The translations under genes were made by a program, and so were the position numbers. From Auanema rhodensis (lineage: Eukaryota > Animalia > Nematoda), in assembly GCA_964057225.1 (NCBI GenBank), contig OZ059894.1, positions 19,964,001-20,028,000 on the forward strand: a stretch of 64,000 bases of DNA, read 5' to 3'. The notes below the pieces were generated by a model. It had not been told where the DNA came from. It saw only the letters and a program-made list of their open reading frames with translations, and ran no database searches. Position 1 is the stretch's first letter. The number at the start of each line of letters is the position of its first letter. Shown here in pieces: positions 25,401 through 41,000 of this stretch.

Positions 25401-28400
25401 GCATTAGTGTATGTTGAGTTTCCATGTACACTCAACATTGCTTCCAAAAACATTTTGACAAAAATTTTTTCAAAAAATTTCAAAATAAATTAGCAAAAAG
25501 TAGATGTTTTTAGATTCCTTTTTTCAAGGCAAAGACGATGGACAATGTTATTCAACGAAAAAATTAATTCTTCAGGGTGAAAATCGAGGATATAAGTGTG
25601 AACTTATATCAGTTGATATCTCGGTGCATTTTCAAGCTAGCGCAAATCTGATAACACAGATCGACGCAGCTTAAAAATCCGCAGCGAATGCACTATACTA
25701 CATTGAGAAACGCTTAATACAAAAATTAGTTATGATCGTTTGAAAAATGATGCATTAGTGTATGTTGAGTTTCCATGTACACTCAACATTGCTTCCAAAA
25801 ACATTTTGACAAAAATTTTTTCGAAAAATTTCAGAATAATTTAGCAAAAAGTAGATGTTTTTAGATTCCCTTTTTCAAGGCAAAGACGATGGACAATGTT
25901 ATTCAACGAAAAAATTAATTCTTCAGGGTGAAAATCGAGGATATAAGTGTGAACTTTTATCAGTTGATATCTCGGTGCATTTTTAAGCTAGCGCAAATCT
26001 GATAACACAGATCGACGCAGCTTAAAAATCCGCATCGAATGCACTATACTACATTGAGAAACGCTTAATACAAAAATTAGTTATGATCGTTTGAAAAATG
26101 ATGCATTAGTGTATGTTGAGTTTCCATGTACACTCAACATTGCTTCCAAAAACATTTTGACAATAATTTTTTCGAAAAATTTCAAAATAAATTAGCAAAA
26201 AGTAGATGTTTTTAGATTCCTTTTTTCAAGGCAAAGACGATGGACAATGTTATTCAACGAAAAAATTAATTCTTCAGGGTGAAAATCGAGGATATAAGTG
26301 TGAACATATATCAGTTGATATCTCGGTGCATTTTCAAGCTAGCGCAAATCTGATAACACAGATCGACGCAGCTTAAAAATCCGCATCGAATGCACTATAC
26401 TACATTGAGAAACGCTTAATACAAAAATTAGTTATGATCGTTTGAAAAATGATGCATTAGTGTATGTTGAGTTTCCATGTACACTCAACATTGCTTCCAA
26501 AAACATTTTGACAATAATTTTTTCGAAAAATTTCAAAATAAATTAGCAAAAAGTAGATGTTTTTAGATTCCTTTTTTCAAGGCAAAGACGATGGACAATG
26601 TTATTCAACGAAAAAATTAATTCTTCAGGGTGAAAATCGAGGATATAAGTGTGAACTTTTATCAGTTGATATCTCGGTGCATTTTTAAGCTAGCGCAAAT
26701 CTGATAACACAGATCGACGCAGCTTAAAAATCCGCATCGAATGCACTATACTACATTGAGAAACGCTTAATACAAAAATTAGTTATGATCGTTTGAAAAA
26801 TGATGCATTAGTGTATGTTGAGTTTCCATGTACACTCAACATTGCTTCCAAAAACATTTTGACAATAATTTTTTCGAAAAATTTCAAAATAAATTAGCAA
26901 AAAGTAGATGTTTTTAGATTCCTTTTTTCAAGGCAAAGACGATGGACAATGTTATTCAACGAAAAAATTAATTCTTCAGGGTGAAAATCGAGGATATAAG
27001 TGTGAACATATATCAGTTGATATCTCGGTGCATTTTCAAGCTAGCGCAAATCTGATAAAACAGATCGACGCAGCTTAAAAATCCGCATCGAATGCACTAT
27101 ACTACATTGAGAAACGCTTAATACAAAAATTAGTTATGATCGTTTGAAAAATGATGCATTAGTGTATGTTGAGTTTCCATGTACACTCAACATTGCTTCC
27201 AAAAACATTTTGACAATAATTTTTTCGAAAAATTTCAAAATAAATTAGCAAAAAGTAGATGTTTTTAGATTCCTTTTTTCAAGGCAAAGACGATGGACAA
27301 TGTTATTCAACGAAAAAATTAATTCTTCAGGGTGAAAATCGAGGATATAAGTGTGAACATATATCAGTTGATATCTCGGTGCATTTTCAAGCTAGCGCAA
27401 ATCTGATAACACAGATCGACGCAGCTTAAAAATCCGCATCGAATGCACTATACTACATTGAGAAACGCTTAATACAAAAATTAGTTATGATCGTTTGAAA
27501 AATGATGCATTAGTGTATGTTGAGTTTCCATGTACACTCAACATTGCTTCCAAAAACATTTTGACAATAATTTTTTCGAAAAATTTCAAAATAAATTAGC
27601 AAAAAGTAGATGTTTTTAGATTCCTTTTTTCAAGGCAAAGACGATGGACAATGTTATTCAACGAAAAAATTAATTCTTCAGGGTGAAAATCGAGGATATA
27701 AGTGTGAACTTATATCAGTTGATATCTCGGTGCATTTTTAAGCTAGCGCAAATCTGATAACACAGATCGACGCAGCTTAAAAATCCGCATCGAATGCAGT
27801 ATACTACATTGAGAAACGCTTAATACAAAAATTAGTTATGATCGTTTGAAAAATGATGCATTAGTGTATGTTGAGTTTCCATGTACACTCAACATTGCTT
27901 CCAAAAACATTTTGACAATAATTTTTTCGAAAAATTTCAAAATAAATTAGCAAAAAGTAGATGTTTTTAGATTCCTTTTTTCAAGGCAAAGACGATGGAC
28001 AATGTTATTCAACGAAAAAATTAATTCTTCAGGGTGAAAATCGAGGATATAAGTGTGAACATATATCAGTTGATATCTCGGTGCATTTTCAAGCTAGCGC
28101 AAATCTGATAACACAGATCGACGCAGCTTAAAAATCCGCATCGAATGCACTATACTACATTGAGAAACGCTTAATACAAAAATTAGTTATGATCGTTTGA
28201 AAAATGATGCATTAGTGTATGTTGAGTTTCCATGTACACTCAACATTGCTTCCAAAAACATTTTGACAAAAATTTTTTCGAAAAATTTCAAAATAATTTA
28301 GCAAAAAGTAGATGTTTCTAGATTCCTTTTTTCAAGGCAAAGACGATGGACAATGTTATTCAACGAAAAAATTAATTCTTCAGGGTGAAAATCGAGGATA

Positions 28401-31400
28401 TAAGTGTGAACTTATATCAGTTGATATCTCGGTGCATTTTTAAGCTAGCGCAAATCTGATAACACAGATCGACGCAGCTTAAAAATTCGCATCGAATGCA
28501 CTATACTACATTGAGAAACGCTTAATACAAAAATTAGTTATGATCGTTTGAAAAATGATGCATTAGTGTATGTTGAGTTTCCATGTACACTCAACATTGC
28601 TTCCAAAAACATTTTGACAATAATTTTTTCGAAAAATTTCAAAATAAATTAGCAAAAAGTAGATGTTTTTAGATTCCTTTTTTCAAGGCAAAGACGATGG
28701 ACAATGTTATTCAACGAAAAAATTAATTCTTCAGGGTGAAAATCGAGGATATAAGTGTGAACTTATATCAGTTGATATCTCGGTGCATTTTTAAGCTAGC
28801 GCAAATCTGATAACACAGATCGACGCAGCTTAAAAATTCGCATCGAATGCACTATACTACATTGAGAAACGCTTAATACAAAAATTAGTTATGATCGTTT
28901 GAAAAATGATGCATTAGTGTATGTTGAGTTTCCATGTACACTCAACATTGCTTCCAAAAACATTTTGACAATAATTTTTTCGAAAAATTTCAAAATAAAT
29001 TAGCAAAAAGTAGATGTTTTTAGATTCCTTTTTTCAAGGCAAAGACGATGGACAATGTTATTCAACGAAAAAATTAATTCTTCAGGGTGAAAATCGAGGA
29101 TATAAGTGTGAACTTATATCAGTTGATATCTCGGTGCATTTTTAAGCTAGCGCAAATCTGATAACACAGATCGACGCAGCTTAAAAATCCGCATCGAATG
29201 CACTATACTACATTGAGAAACGCTTAATACAAAAATTAGTTATGATCGTTTGAAAAATGATGCATTAGTGTATGTTGAGTTTCCATGTACACTCAACATT
29301 GCTTCCAAAAACATTTTGACAATAATTTTTTCGAAAAATTTCAAAATAATTTAGCAAAAAGTAGATGTTTTTAGATTCCTTTTTTCAAGGCAAAGACGAT
29401 GGACAATGTTATTCAACGAAAAAATTAATTCTTCAGGGTGAAAATCGAGGATATAAGTGTGAACATATATCAGTTGATATCTCGGTGCATTTTCAAGCTA
29501 GCGCAAATCTGATAACACAGATCGACGCAGCTTAAAAATCCGCATCGAATGCACTATACTACATTGAGAAACGCTTAATACAAAAATTAGTTATGATCGT
29601 TTGAAAAATGATGCATTAGTGTATGTTGAGTTTCCATGTACACTCAACATTGCTTCCAAAAACATTTTGACAAAAATTTTTTCGAAAAATTTCAAAATAA
29701 TTTAGCAAAAAGTAGATGTTTCTAGATTCCTTTTTTCAAGGCAAAGACGATGGACAATGTTATTCAACGAAAAAATTAATTCTTCAGGGTGAAAATCGAG
29801 GATATAAGTGTGAACTTATATCAGTTGATATCTCGGTGCATTTTTAAGCTAGCGCAAATCTGATAACACAGATCGACGCAGCTTAAAAATTCGCATCGAA
29901 TGCACTATACTACATTGAGAAACGCTTAATACAAAAATTAGTTATGATCGTTTGAAAAATGATGCATTAGTGTATGTTGAGTTTCCATGTACACTCAACA
30001 TTGCTTCCAAAAACATTTTGACAATAATTTTTTCGAAAAATTTCAAAATAAATTAGCAAAAAGTAGATGTTTTTAGATTCCTTTTTTCAAGGCAAAGACG
30101 ATGGACAATGTTATTCAACGAAAAAATTAATTCTTCAGGGTGAAAATCGAGGATATAAGTGTGAACTTATATCAGTTGATATCTCGGTGCATTTTTAAGC
30201 TAGCGCAAATCTGATAACACAGATCGACGCAGCTTAAAAATCCGCATCGAATGCACTATACTACATTGAGAAACGCTTAATACAAAAATTAGTTATGATC
30301 GTTTGAAAAATGATGCATTAGTGTATGTTGAGTTTCCATGTACACTCAACATTGCTTCCAAAAACATTTTGACAATAATTTTTTCGAAAAATTTCAAAAT
30401 AAATTAGCAAAAAGTAGATGTTTTTAGATTCCTTTTTTCAAGGCAAAGACGATGGACAATGTTATTCAACGAAAAAATTAATTCTTCAGGGTGAAAATCG
30501 AGGATATAAGTGTGAACTTATATCAGTTGATATCTCGGTGCATTTTCAAGCTAGCGCAAATCTGATAACACAGATCGACGCAGCTTAAAAATCCGCATCG
30601 AATGCACTATACTACATTGAGAAACGCTTAATACAAAAATTAGTTATGATCGTTTGAAAAATGATGCATTAGTGTATGTTGAGTTTCCATGTACACTCAA
30701 CATTGCTTCCAAAAACATTTTGACAATAATTTTTTCGAAAAATTTCAAAATAAATTAGCAAAAAGTAGATGTTTTTAGATTCCTTTTTTCAAGGCAAAGA
30801 CGATGGACAATGTTATTCAACGAAAAAATTAATTCTTCAGGGTGAAAATCGAGGATATAAGTGTGAACTTATATCAGTTGATATCTCGGTGCATTTTCAA
30901 GCTAGCGCAAATCTGATAACACAGATCGACGCAGCTTAAAAATCCGCATCGAATGCACTATACTACATTGAGAAACGCTTAATTCAAAAATTAGTTATGA
31001 TCGTTTGAAAAATGATGCATTAGTGTATGTTGAGTTTCCATGTACACTCAACATTGCTTCCAAAAACATTTTGACAAAAATTTTTTCGAAAAATTTCAGA
31101 ATAATTTAGCAAAAAGTAGATGTTTTTAGATTCCTTTTTTCAAGGCAAAGACGATGGACAATGTTATTCAACGAAAAAATTAATTCTTCAGGGTGAAAAT
31201 CGAGGATATAAGTGTGAACTTTTATCAGTTGATATCTCGGTGCATTTTTAAGCTAGCGCAAATCTGATAACACAGATCGACGCAGCTTAAAAATCCGCAT
31301 CGAATGCACTATACTACATTGAGAAACGCTTAATACAAAAATTAGTTATGATCGTTTGAAAAATGATCCATTAGTGTATGTTGAGTTTCCATGTACACTC

Positions 31401-34400
31401 AACATTGCTTCCAAAAACATTTTGACAAAAATTTTTTCGAAAAATTTCAAAATAATTTAGCAAAAAGTAGATGTTTTTAGATTCCTTTTTTCAAGGCAAA
31501 GACGATGGACAATGTTATTCAACGAAAAAATTAATTCTTCAGGGTGAAAATCGAGGATATAAGTGTGAACTTTTATCAGTTGATATCTCGGTGCATTTTT
31601 AAGCTAGCGCAAATCTGATAACACAGATCGACGCAGCTTAAAAATCCGCATCGAATGCACTATACTACATTGAGAAACGCTTAATACAAAAATTAGTTAT
31701 GATCGTTTGAAAAATGATGCATTAGTGTATGTTGAGTTTCCATGTACACTCAACATTGCTTCCAAAAACATTTTGACAAAAATTTTTTCGAAAAATTTCA
31801 GAATAATTTAGCAAAAAGTAGATGTTTTTAGATTCCTTTTTTCAAGGCAAAGACGATGGACAATGTTATTCAACGAAAAAATTAATTCTTCAGGGTGAAA
31901 ATCGAGGATATAAGTGTGAACTTTTATCAGTTGATATCTCGGTGCATTTTTAAGCTAGCGCAAATCTGATAACACAGATCGACGCAGCTTAAAAATCCGC
32001 ATCGAATGCACTATACTACATTGAGAAACGCTTAATACAAAAATTAGTTATGATCGTTTGAAAAATGATGCATTAGTGTATGTTGAGTTTCCATGTACAC
32101 TCAACATTGCTTCCAAAAACATTTTGACAATAATTTTTTCGAAAAATTTCAAAATAAATTAGCAAAAAGTAGATGTTTTTAGATTCCTTTTTTCAAGGCA
32201 AAGACGATGGACAATGTTATTCAACGAAAAAATTAATTCTTCAGGGTGAAAATCGAGGATATAAGTGTGAACATATATCAGTTGATATCTCGGTGCATTT
32301 TCAAGCTAGCGCAAATCTGATAACACAGATCGACGCAGCTTAAAAATCCGCATCGAATGCACTATACTACATTGAGAAACGCTTAATACAAAAATTAGTT
32401 ATGATCGTTTGAAAAATGATGCATTAGTGTATGTTGAGTTTCCATGTACACTCAACATTGCTTCCAAAAACATTTTGACAATAATTTTTTCGAAAAATTT
32501 CAAAATAAATTAGCAAAAAGTAGATGTTTTTAGATTCCTTTTTTCAAGGCAAAGACGATGGACAATGTTATTCAACGAAAAAATTAATTCTTCAGGGTGA
32601 AAATCGAGGATATAAGTGTGAACATATATCAGTTGATATCTCGGTGCATTTTCAAGCTAGCGCAAATCTGATAACACAGATCGACGCAGCTTAAAAATCC
32701 GCATCGAATGCAGTATACTACATTGAGAAACGCTTAATACAAAAATTAGTTATGATCGTTTGAAAAATGATGCATTAGTGTATGTTGAGTTTCCATGTAC
32801 ACTCAACATTGCTTCCAAAAACATTTTGACAAAAATTTTTTCGAAAAATTTCAAAATAATTTAGCAAAAAGTAGATGTTTCTAGATTCCTTTTTTCAAGG
32901 CAAAGACGATGGACAATGTTATTCAACGAAAAAATTAATTCTTCAGGGTGAAAATCGAGGATATAAGTGTGAACTTATATCAGTTGATATCTCGGTGCAT
33001 TTTTAAGCTAGCGCAAATCTGATAACACAGATCGACGCAGCTTAAAAATCCGCATCGAATGCAGTATACTACATTGAGAAACGCTTAATACAAAAATTAG
33101 TTATGATCGTTTGAAAAATGATGCATTAGTGTATGTTGAGTTTCCATGTACACTCAACATTGCTTCCAAAAACATTTTGACAATAATTTTTTCGAAAAAT
33201 TTCAAAATAAATTAGCAAAAAGTAGATGTTTTTAGATTCCTTTTTTCAAGGCAAAGACGATGGACAATGTTATTCAACGAAAAAATTAATTCTTCAGGGT
33301 GAAAATCGAGGATATAAGTGTGAACATATATCAGTTGATATCTCGGTGCATTTTCAAGCTAGCGCAAATTTGATAACACAGATCGACGCAGCTTAAAAAT
33401 CCGCATCGAATGCAGTATACTACATTGAGAAACGCTTAATACAAAAATTAGTTATGATCGTTTGAAAAATGATGCATTAGTGTATGTTGAGTTTCCATGT
33501 ACACTCAACATTGCTTCCAAAAACATTTTGACAAAAATTTTTTCGAAAAATTTCAGAATAATTTAGCAAAAAGTAGATGTTTTCAGATTCCTTTTTTCAA
33601 GGCAAAGACGATGGACAATGTTATTCAACGAAAAAATTAATTCTTCAGGGTGAAAATCGAGGATATAAGTGTGAACTTTTATCAGTTGATATCTCGGTGC
33701 ATTTTTAAGCTAGCGCAAATCTGATAACACAGATCGACGCAGCTTAAAAATCCGCATCGAATGCACTATACTACATTGAGAAACGCTTAATACAAAAATT
33801 AGTTATGATCGTTTGAAAAATGATGCATTAGTGTATGTTGAGTTTCCATGTACACTCAACATTGCTTCCAAAAACATTTTGACAATAATTTTTTCGAAAA
33901 ATTTCAAAATAAATTAGCAAAAAGTAGATGTTTTTAGATTCCTTTTTTCAAGGCAAAGACGATGGACAATGTTATTCAACGAAAAAATTAATTCTTCAGG
34001 GTGAAAATCGAGGATATAAGTGTGAACATATATCAGTTGATATCTCGGTGCATTTTCAAGCTAGCGCAAATTTGATAACACAGATCGACGCAGCTTAAAA
34101 ATCCGCATCGAATGCAGTTTACTACATTGAGAAACGCTTAATACAAAAATTAGTTATGATCGTTTGAAAAATGATGCATTAGTGTATGTTGAGTTTCCAT
34201 GTACACTCAACATTGCTTCCAAAAACATTTTGACAATAATTTTTTCGAAAAATTTCAAAATAAATTAGCAAAAAGGAGATGTTTTTAGATTCCTTTTTTC
34301 AAGGTAAAGACGATGGACAATGTTATTCAACGAAAAAATTAATTCTTCAGGGTGAAAATCGAGGATATAAGTGTGAACATATATCAGTTGATATCTCGGT

Positions 34401-35094
34401 GCATTTTCAAGCTAGCGCAAATCTGATAACACAGATCGACGCAGCTTAAAAATCCGCATCGAATGCACTATACTACATTGAGAAACGCTTAATACAAAAA
34501 TTAGTTATGATCGTTTGAAAAATGATGCATTAGTGTATGTTGAGTTTCCATGTACACTCAACATTGCTTCCAAAAACATTTTGACAAAAATTTTTTCGAA
34601 AAATTTCAAAATAATTTAGCAAAAAGTAGATGTTTTTAGATTCCTTTTTTCAAGGCAAAGACGATGGACAATGTTATTCAACGAAAAAATTAATTCTTCA
34701 GGGTGAAAATCGAGGATATAAGTGTGAACATATATCAGTTGATATCTCGGTGCATTTTCAAGCTAGCGCAAATCTGATAACACAGATCGACGCAGCTTAA
34801 AAATCCGCATCGAATGCACTATACTACATTGAGAAACGCTTAATACAAAAATTAGTTATGATCGTTTGAAAAATGATGCATTAGTGTATGTTGAGTTTCC
34901 ATGTACACTCAACATTGCTTCCAAAAACATTTTGACAAAAATTTTTTCAAAAAATTTCAAAATAATTTAGCAAAAAGTAGATGTTTCTAGATTCTTTTTT
35001 CAAGGCAAAGACGATGGACAATGTTATTCAACGAAAAAATTAATTCTTCAGGGTGAAAATCGAGGATATAAGTGTGAACTTATATCAGTTGATA

Positions 35095-38000
35095 TCTCGG
35101 TGCATTTTTAAGCTAGCGCAAATCTGATAACACAGATCGACGCAGCTTAAAAATTCGCATCGAATGCACTATACTACATTGAGAAACGCTTAATACAAAA
35201 ATTAGTTATGATCGTTTGAAAAATGATGCATTAGTGTATGTTGAGTTTCCATGTACACTCAACATTGCTTCCAAAAACATTTTGACAATAATTTTTTCGA
35301 AAAATTTCAAAATAAATTAGCAAAAAGTAGATGTTTTTAGATTCCTTTTTTCAAGGCAAAGACGATGGACAATGTTATTCAACGAAAAAATTAATTCTTC
35401 AGGGTGAAAATCGAGGATATAAGTGTGAACTTATATCAGTTGATATCTCGGTGCATTTTCAAGCTAGCGCAAATCTGATAACACAGATCGACGCAGCTTA
35501 AAAATCCGCATCGAATGCACTATACTACATTGAGAAACGCTTAATACAAAAATTAGTTATGATCGTTTGAAAAATGATGCATTAGTGTATGTTGAGTTTC
35601 CATGTACACTCAACATTGCTTCCAAAAACATTTTGACAAAAATTTTTTCGAAAAATTTCAAAATAATTTAGCAAAAAGTAGATGTTTTTAGATTCCTTTT
35701 TTCAAGGCAAAGACGATGGACAATGTTATTCAACGATAAAATTAATTCTTCAGGGTGAAAATCGAGGATATAAGTGTGAACATATATCAGTTGAAATCTC
35801 GGTGCATTTTCAAGCTAGCGCAAATCTGATAACACAGATCGACGCAACTTAAAAATCCGCATCGAATGCACTATACTACATTGAGAAACGCTTAATACAA
35901 AAATTAGTTATGATCGTTTGAAAAATGATGCATTAGTGTATGTTGAGTTTCCATGTACACTCAACATTGCTTCCAAAAACATTTTGACAATAATTTTTTC
36001 GAAAAATTTCAAAATAAATTAGCAAAAAGTAGATGTTTTTAGATTCCTTTTTTCAAGGCAAAGACGATGGACAATGTTATTCAACGAAAAAATTAATTCT
36101 TCAGGGTGAAAATCGAGGATATAAGTGTGAACTTATATCAGTTGATATCTCGGTGCATTTTCAAGCTAGCGCAAATCTGATAACACAGATCGACGCAGCT
36201 TAAAAATCCGCATCGAATGCACTATACTACATTGAGAAACGCTTAATACAAAAATTAGTTATGATCGTTTGAAAAATGATGCATTAGTGTATGTTGAGTT
36301 TCCATGTACACTCAACATTGCTTCCAAAAACATTTTGACAAAAATTTTTTCGAAAAATTTCAAAATAATTTAGCAAAAAGTAGATGTTTTTAGATTCCTT
36401 TTTTCAAGGCAAAGACGATGGACAATGTTATTCAACGATAAAATTAATTCTTCAGGGTGAAAATCGAGGATATAAGTGTGAACATATATCAGTTGATATC
36501 TCGGTGCATTTTCAAGCTAGCGCAAATCTGATAACACAGATCGACGCAGCTTAAAAATCCGCATCGAATGCACTATACTACATTGAGAAACGCTTAATAC
36601 AAAAATTAGTTATGATCGTTTGAAAAATGATGCATTAGTGTATGTTGAGTTTCCATGTACACTCAACATTGCTTCCAAAAACATTTTGACAATAATTTTT
36701 TCGAAAAATTTCAAAATAAATTAGCAAAAAGTAGATGTTTTTAGATTCCTTTTTTCAAGGCAAAGACGATGGACAATGTTATTCAACGAAAAAATTAATT
36801 CTTCAGGGTGAAAATCGAGGATATAAGTGTGAACTTATATCAGTTGATATCTCGGTGCATTTTCAAGCTAGCGCAAATCTGATAACACAGATCGACGCAG
36901 CTTAAAAATCCGCATCGAATGCACTATACTACATTGAGAAACGCTTAATACAAAAATTAGTTATGATCGTTTGAAAAATGATGCATTAGTGTATGTTGAG
37001 TTTCCATGTACACTCAACATTGCTTCCAAAAACATTTTGACAAAAATTTTTTCGAAAAATTTCAAAATAATTTAGCAAAAAGTAGATGTTTTTAGATTCC
37101 TTTTTTCAAGGCAAAGACGATGGACAATGTTATTCAACGATAAAATTAATTCTTCAGGGTGAAAATCGAGGATATAAGTGTGAACATATATCAGTTGAAA
37201 TCTCGGTGCATTTTCAAGCTAGCGCAAATCTGATAACACAGATCGACGCAGCTTAAAAATCCGCATCGAATGCACTATACTACATTGAGAAACGCTTAAT
37301 ACAAAAATTAGTTATGATCGTTTGAAAAATGATGCATTAGTGTATGTTGAGTTTCCATGTACACTCAACATTGCTTCCAAAAACATTTTGACAATAATTT
37401 TTTCGAAAAATTTCAAAATAAATTAGCAAAAAGTAGATGTTTTTAGATTCCTTTTTTCAAGGCAAAGACGATGGACAATGTTATTCAACGAAAAAATTAA
37501 TTCTTCAGGGTGAAAATCGAGGATATAAGTGTGAACTTATATCAGTTGATATCTCGGTGCATTTTCAAGCTAGCGCAAATCTGATAACACAGATCGACGC
37601 AGCTTAAAAATCCGCATCGAATGCACTATACTACATTGAGAAACGCTTAATACAAAAATTAGTTATGATCGTTTGAAAAATGATGCATTAGTGTATGTTG
37701 AGTTTCCATGTACACTCAACATTGCTTCCAAAAACATTTTGACAAAAATTTTTTCGAAAAATTTCAAAATAATTTAGCAAAAAGTAGATGTTTTTAGATT
37801 CCTTTTTTCAAGGCAAAGACGATGGACAATGTTATTCAACGATAAAATTAATTCTTCAGGGTGAAAATCGAGGATATAAGTGTGAACATATATCAGTTGA
37901 TATCTCGGTGCATTTTCAAGCTAGCGCAAATCTGATAACACAGATCGACGCAGCTTAAAAATCCGCATCGAATGCAGTATACTACATTGAGAAACGCTTA

Positions 38001-41000
38001 ATACAAAAATTAGTTATGATCGTTTGAAAAATGATGCATTAGTGTATGTTGAGTTTCCATGTACACTCAACATTGCTTCCAAAAACATTTTGACAATAAT
38101 TTTTTCGAAAAATTTCAAAATAAATTAGCAAAAAGTAGATGTTTTTAGATTCCTTTTTTCAAGGCAAAGACGATGGACAATGTTATTCAACGAAAAAATT
38201 AATTCTTCAGGGTGAAAATCGAGGATATAAGTGTGAACATATATCAGTTGATATCTCGGTGCATTTTCAAGCTAGCGCAAATCTGATAACACAGATCGAC
38301 GCAGCTTAAAAATCCGCATCGAATGCACTATACTACATTGAGAAACGCTTAATACAAAAATTAGTTATGATCGTTTGAAAAATGATGCATTAGTGTATGT
38401 TGAGTTTCCATGTACACTCAACATTGCTTCCAAAAACATTTTGACAATAATTTTTTCGAAAAATTTCAAAATAAATTAGCAAAAAGTAGATGTTTTTAGA
38501 TTCCTTTTTTCAAGGCAAAGACGATGGACAATGTTATTCAACGAAAAAATTAATTCTTCAGGGTGAAAATCGAGGATATAAGTGTGAACTTATATCAGTT
38601 GATATCTCGGTGCATTTTCAAGCTAGCGCAAATCTGATAACACAGATCGACGCAGCTTAAAAATCCGCATCGAATGCAGTATACTACATTGAGAAACGCT
38701 TAATACAAAAATTAGTTATGATCGTTTGAAAAATGATGCATTAGTGTATGTTGAGTTTCCATGTACACTCAACATTGCTTCCAAAAACATTTTGACAAAA
38801 ATTTTTTCGAAAAATTTCAAAATAATTTAGCAAAAAGTAGATGTTTTTAGATTCCTTTTTTCAAGGCAAAGACGATGGACAATGTTATTCAACGATAAAA
38901 TTAATTCTTCAGGGTGAAAATCGAGGATATAAGTGTGAACATATATCAGTTGATATCTCGGTGCATTTTCAAGCTAGCGCAAATCTGATAACACAGATCG
39001 ACGCAGCTTAAAAATCCGCATCGAATGCACTATACTACATTGAGAAACGCTTAATACAAAAATTAGTTATGATCGTTTGAAAAATGATGCATTAGTGTAT
39101 GTTGAGTTTCCATGTACACTCAACATTGCTTCCAAAAACATTTTGACAATAATTTTTTCGAAAAATTTCAAAATAAATTAGCAAAAAGTAGATGTTTTTA
39201 GATTCCTTTTTTCAAGGTAAAGACGATGGACAATGTTATTCAACGAAAAAATTAATTCTTCAGGGTGAAAATCGAGGATATAAGTGTGAACTTATATCAG
39301 TTGATATCTCGGTGCATTTTCAAGCTAGCGCAAATCTGATAACACAGATCGACGCAGCTTAAAAATCCGCATCGAATGCACTATACTACATTGAGAAACG
39401 CTTAATACAAAAATTAGTTATGATCGTTTGAAAAATGATGCATTAGTGTATGTTGAGTTTCCATGTACACTCAACATTGCTTCCAAAAACATTTTGACAA
39501 AAATTTTTTCGAAAAATTTCAAAATAATTTAGCAAAAAGTAGATGTTTTTAGATTCCTTTTTTCAAGGCAAAGACGATGGACAATGTTATTCAACGATAA
39601 AATTAATTCTTCAGGGTGAAAATCGAGGATATAAGTGTGAACATATATCAGTTGATATCTCGGTGCATTTTCAAGCTAGCGCAAATCTGATAACACAGAT
39701 CGACGCAGCTTAAAAATCCGCATCGAATGCACTATACTACATTGAGAAACGCTTAATACAAAAATTAGTTATGATCGTTTGAAAAATGATGCATTAGTGT
39801 ATGTTGAGTTTCCATGTACACTCAACATTGCTTCCAAAAACATTTTGACAAAAATTTTTTCGAAAAATTTCAAAATAATTTAGCAAAAAGTAGATGTTTT
39901 TAGATTCCTTTTTTCAAGGCAAAGACGATGGACAATGTTATTCAACGATAAAATTAATTCTTCAGGGTGAAAATCGAGGATATAAGTGTGAACATATATC
40001 AGTTGATATCTCGGTGCATTTTCAAGCTAGCGCAAATCTGATAACACAGATCGACGCAGTTTAAAAATCCGCATCGAATGCACTATACTACATTGAGAAA
40101 CGCTTAATACAAAAATTAGTTATGATCGTTTGAAAAATGATGCATTAGTGTATGTTGAGTTTCCATGTACACTCAACATTGCTTCCAAAAACATTTTGAC
40201 AATAATTTTTTCGAAAAATTTCAAAATAAATTAGCAAAAAGTAGATGTTTTTAGATTCCTTTTTTCAAGGCAAAGACGATGGACAATGTTATTCAACGAT
40301 AAAATTAATTCTTCAGGGTGAAAATCGAGGATATAAGTGTGAACATATATCAGTTGATATCTCGGTGCATTTTCAAGCTAGCGCAAATCTGATAACACAG
40401 ATCGACGCAGCTTAAAAATCCGCATCGAATGCACTATACTACATTGAGAAACGCTTAATACAAAAATTAGTTATGATCGTTTGAAAAATGATGCATTAGT
40501 GTATGTTGAGTTTCCATGTACACTCAACATTGCTTCCAAAAACATTTTGACAAAAATTTTTTCAAAAAATTTCAAAATAATTTAGCAAAAAGTAGATGTT
40601 TCTAGATTCTTTTTTCAAGGCAAAGACGATGGACAATGTTATTCAACGAAAAAATTAATTCTTCAGGGTGAAAATCGAGGATATAAGTGTGAACTTATAT
40701 CAGTTGATATCTCGGTGCATTTTTAAGCTAGCGCAAATCTGATAACACAGATCGACGCAGCTTAAAAATTCGCATCGAATGCACTATACTACATTGAGAA
40801 ACGCTTAATACAAAAATTAGTTATGATCGTTTGAAAAATGATGCATTAGTGTATGTTGAGTTTCCATGTACACTCAACATTGCTTCCAAAAACATTTTGA
40901 CAATAATTTTTTCGAAAAATTTCAAAATAAATTAGCAAAAAGTAGATGTTTTTAGATTCCTTTTTTCAAGGCAAAGACGATGGACAATGTTATTCAACGA

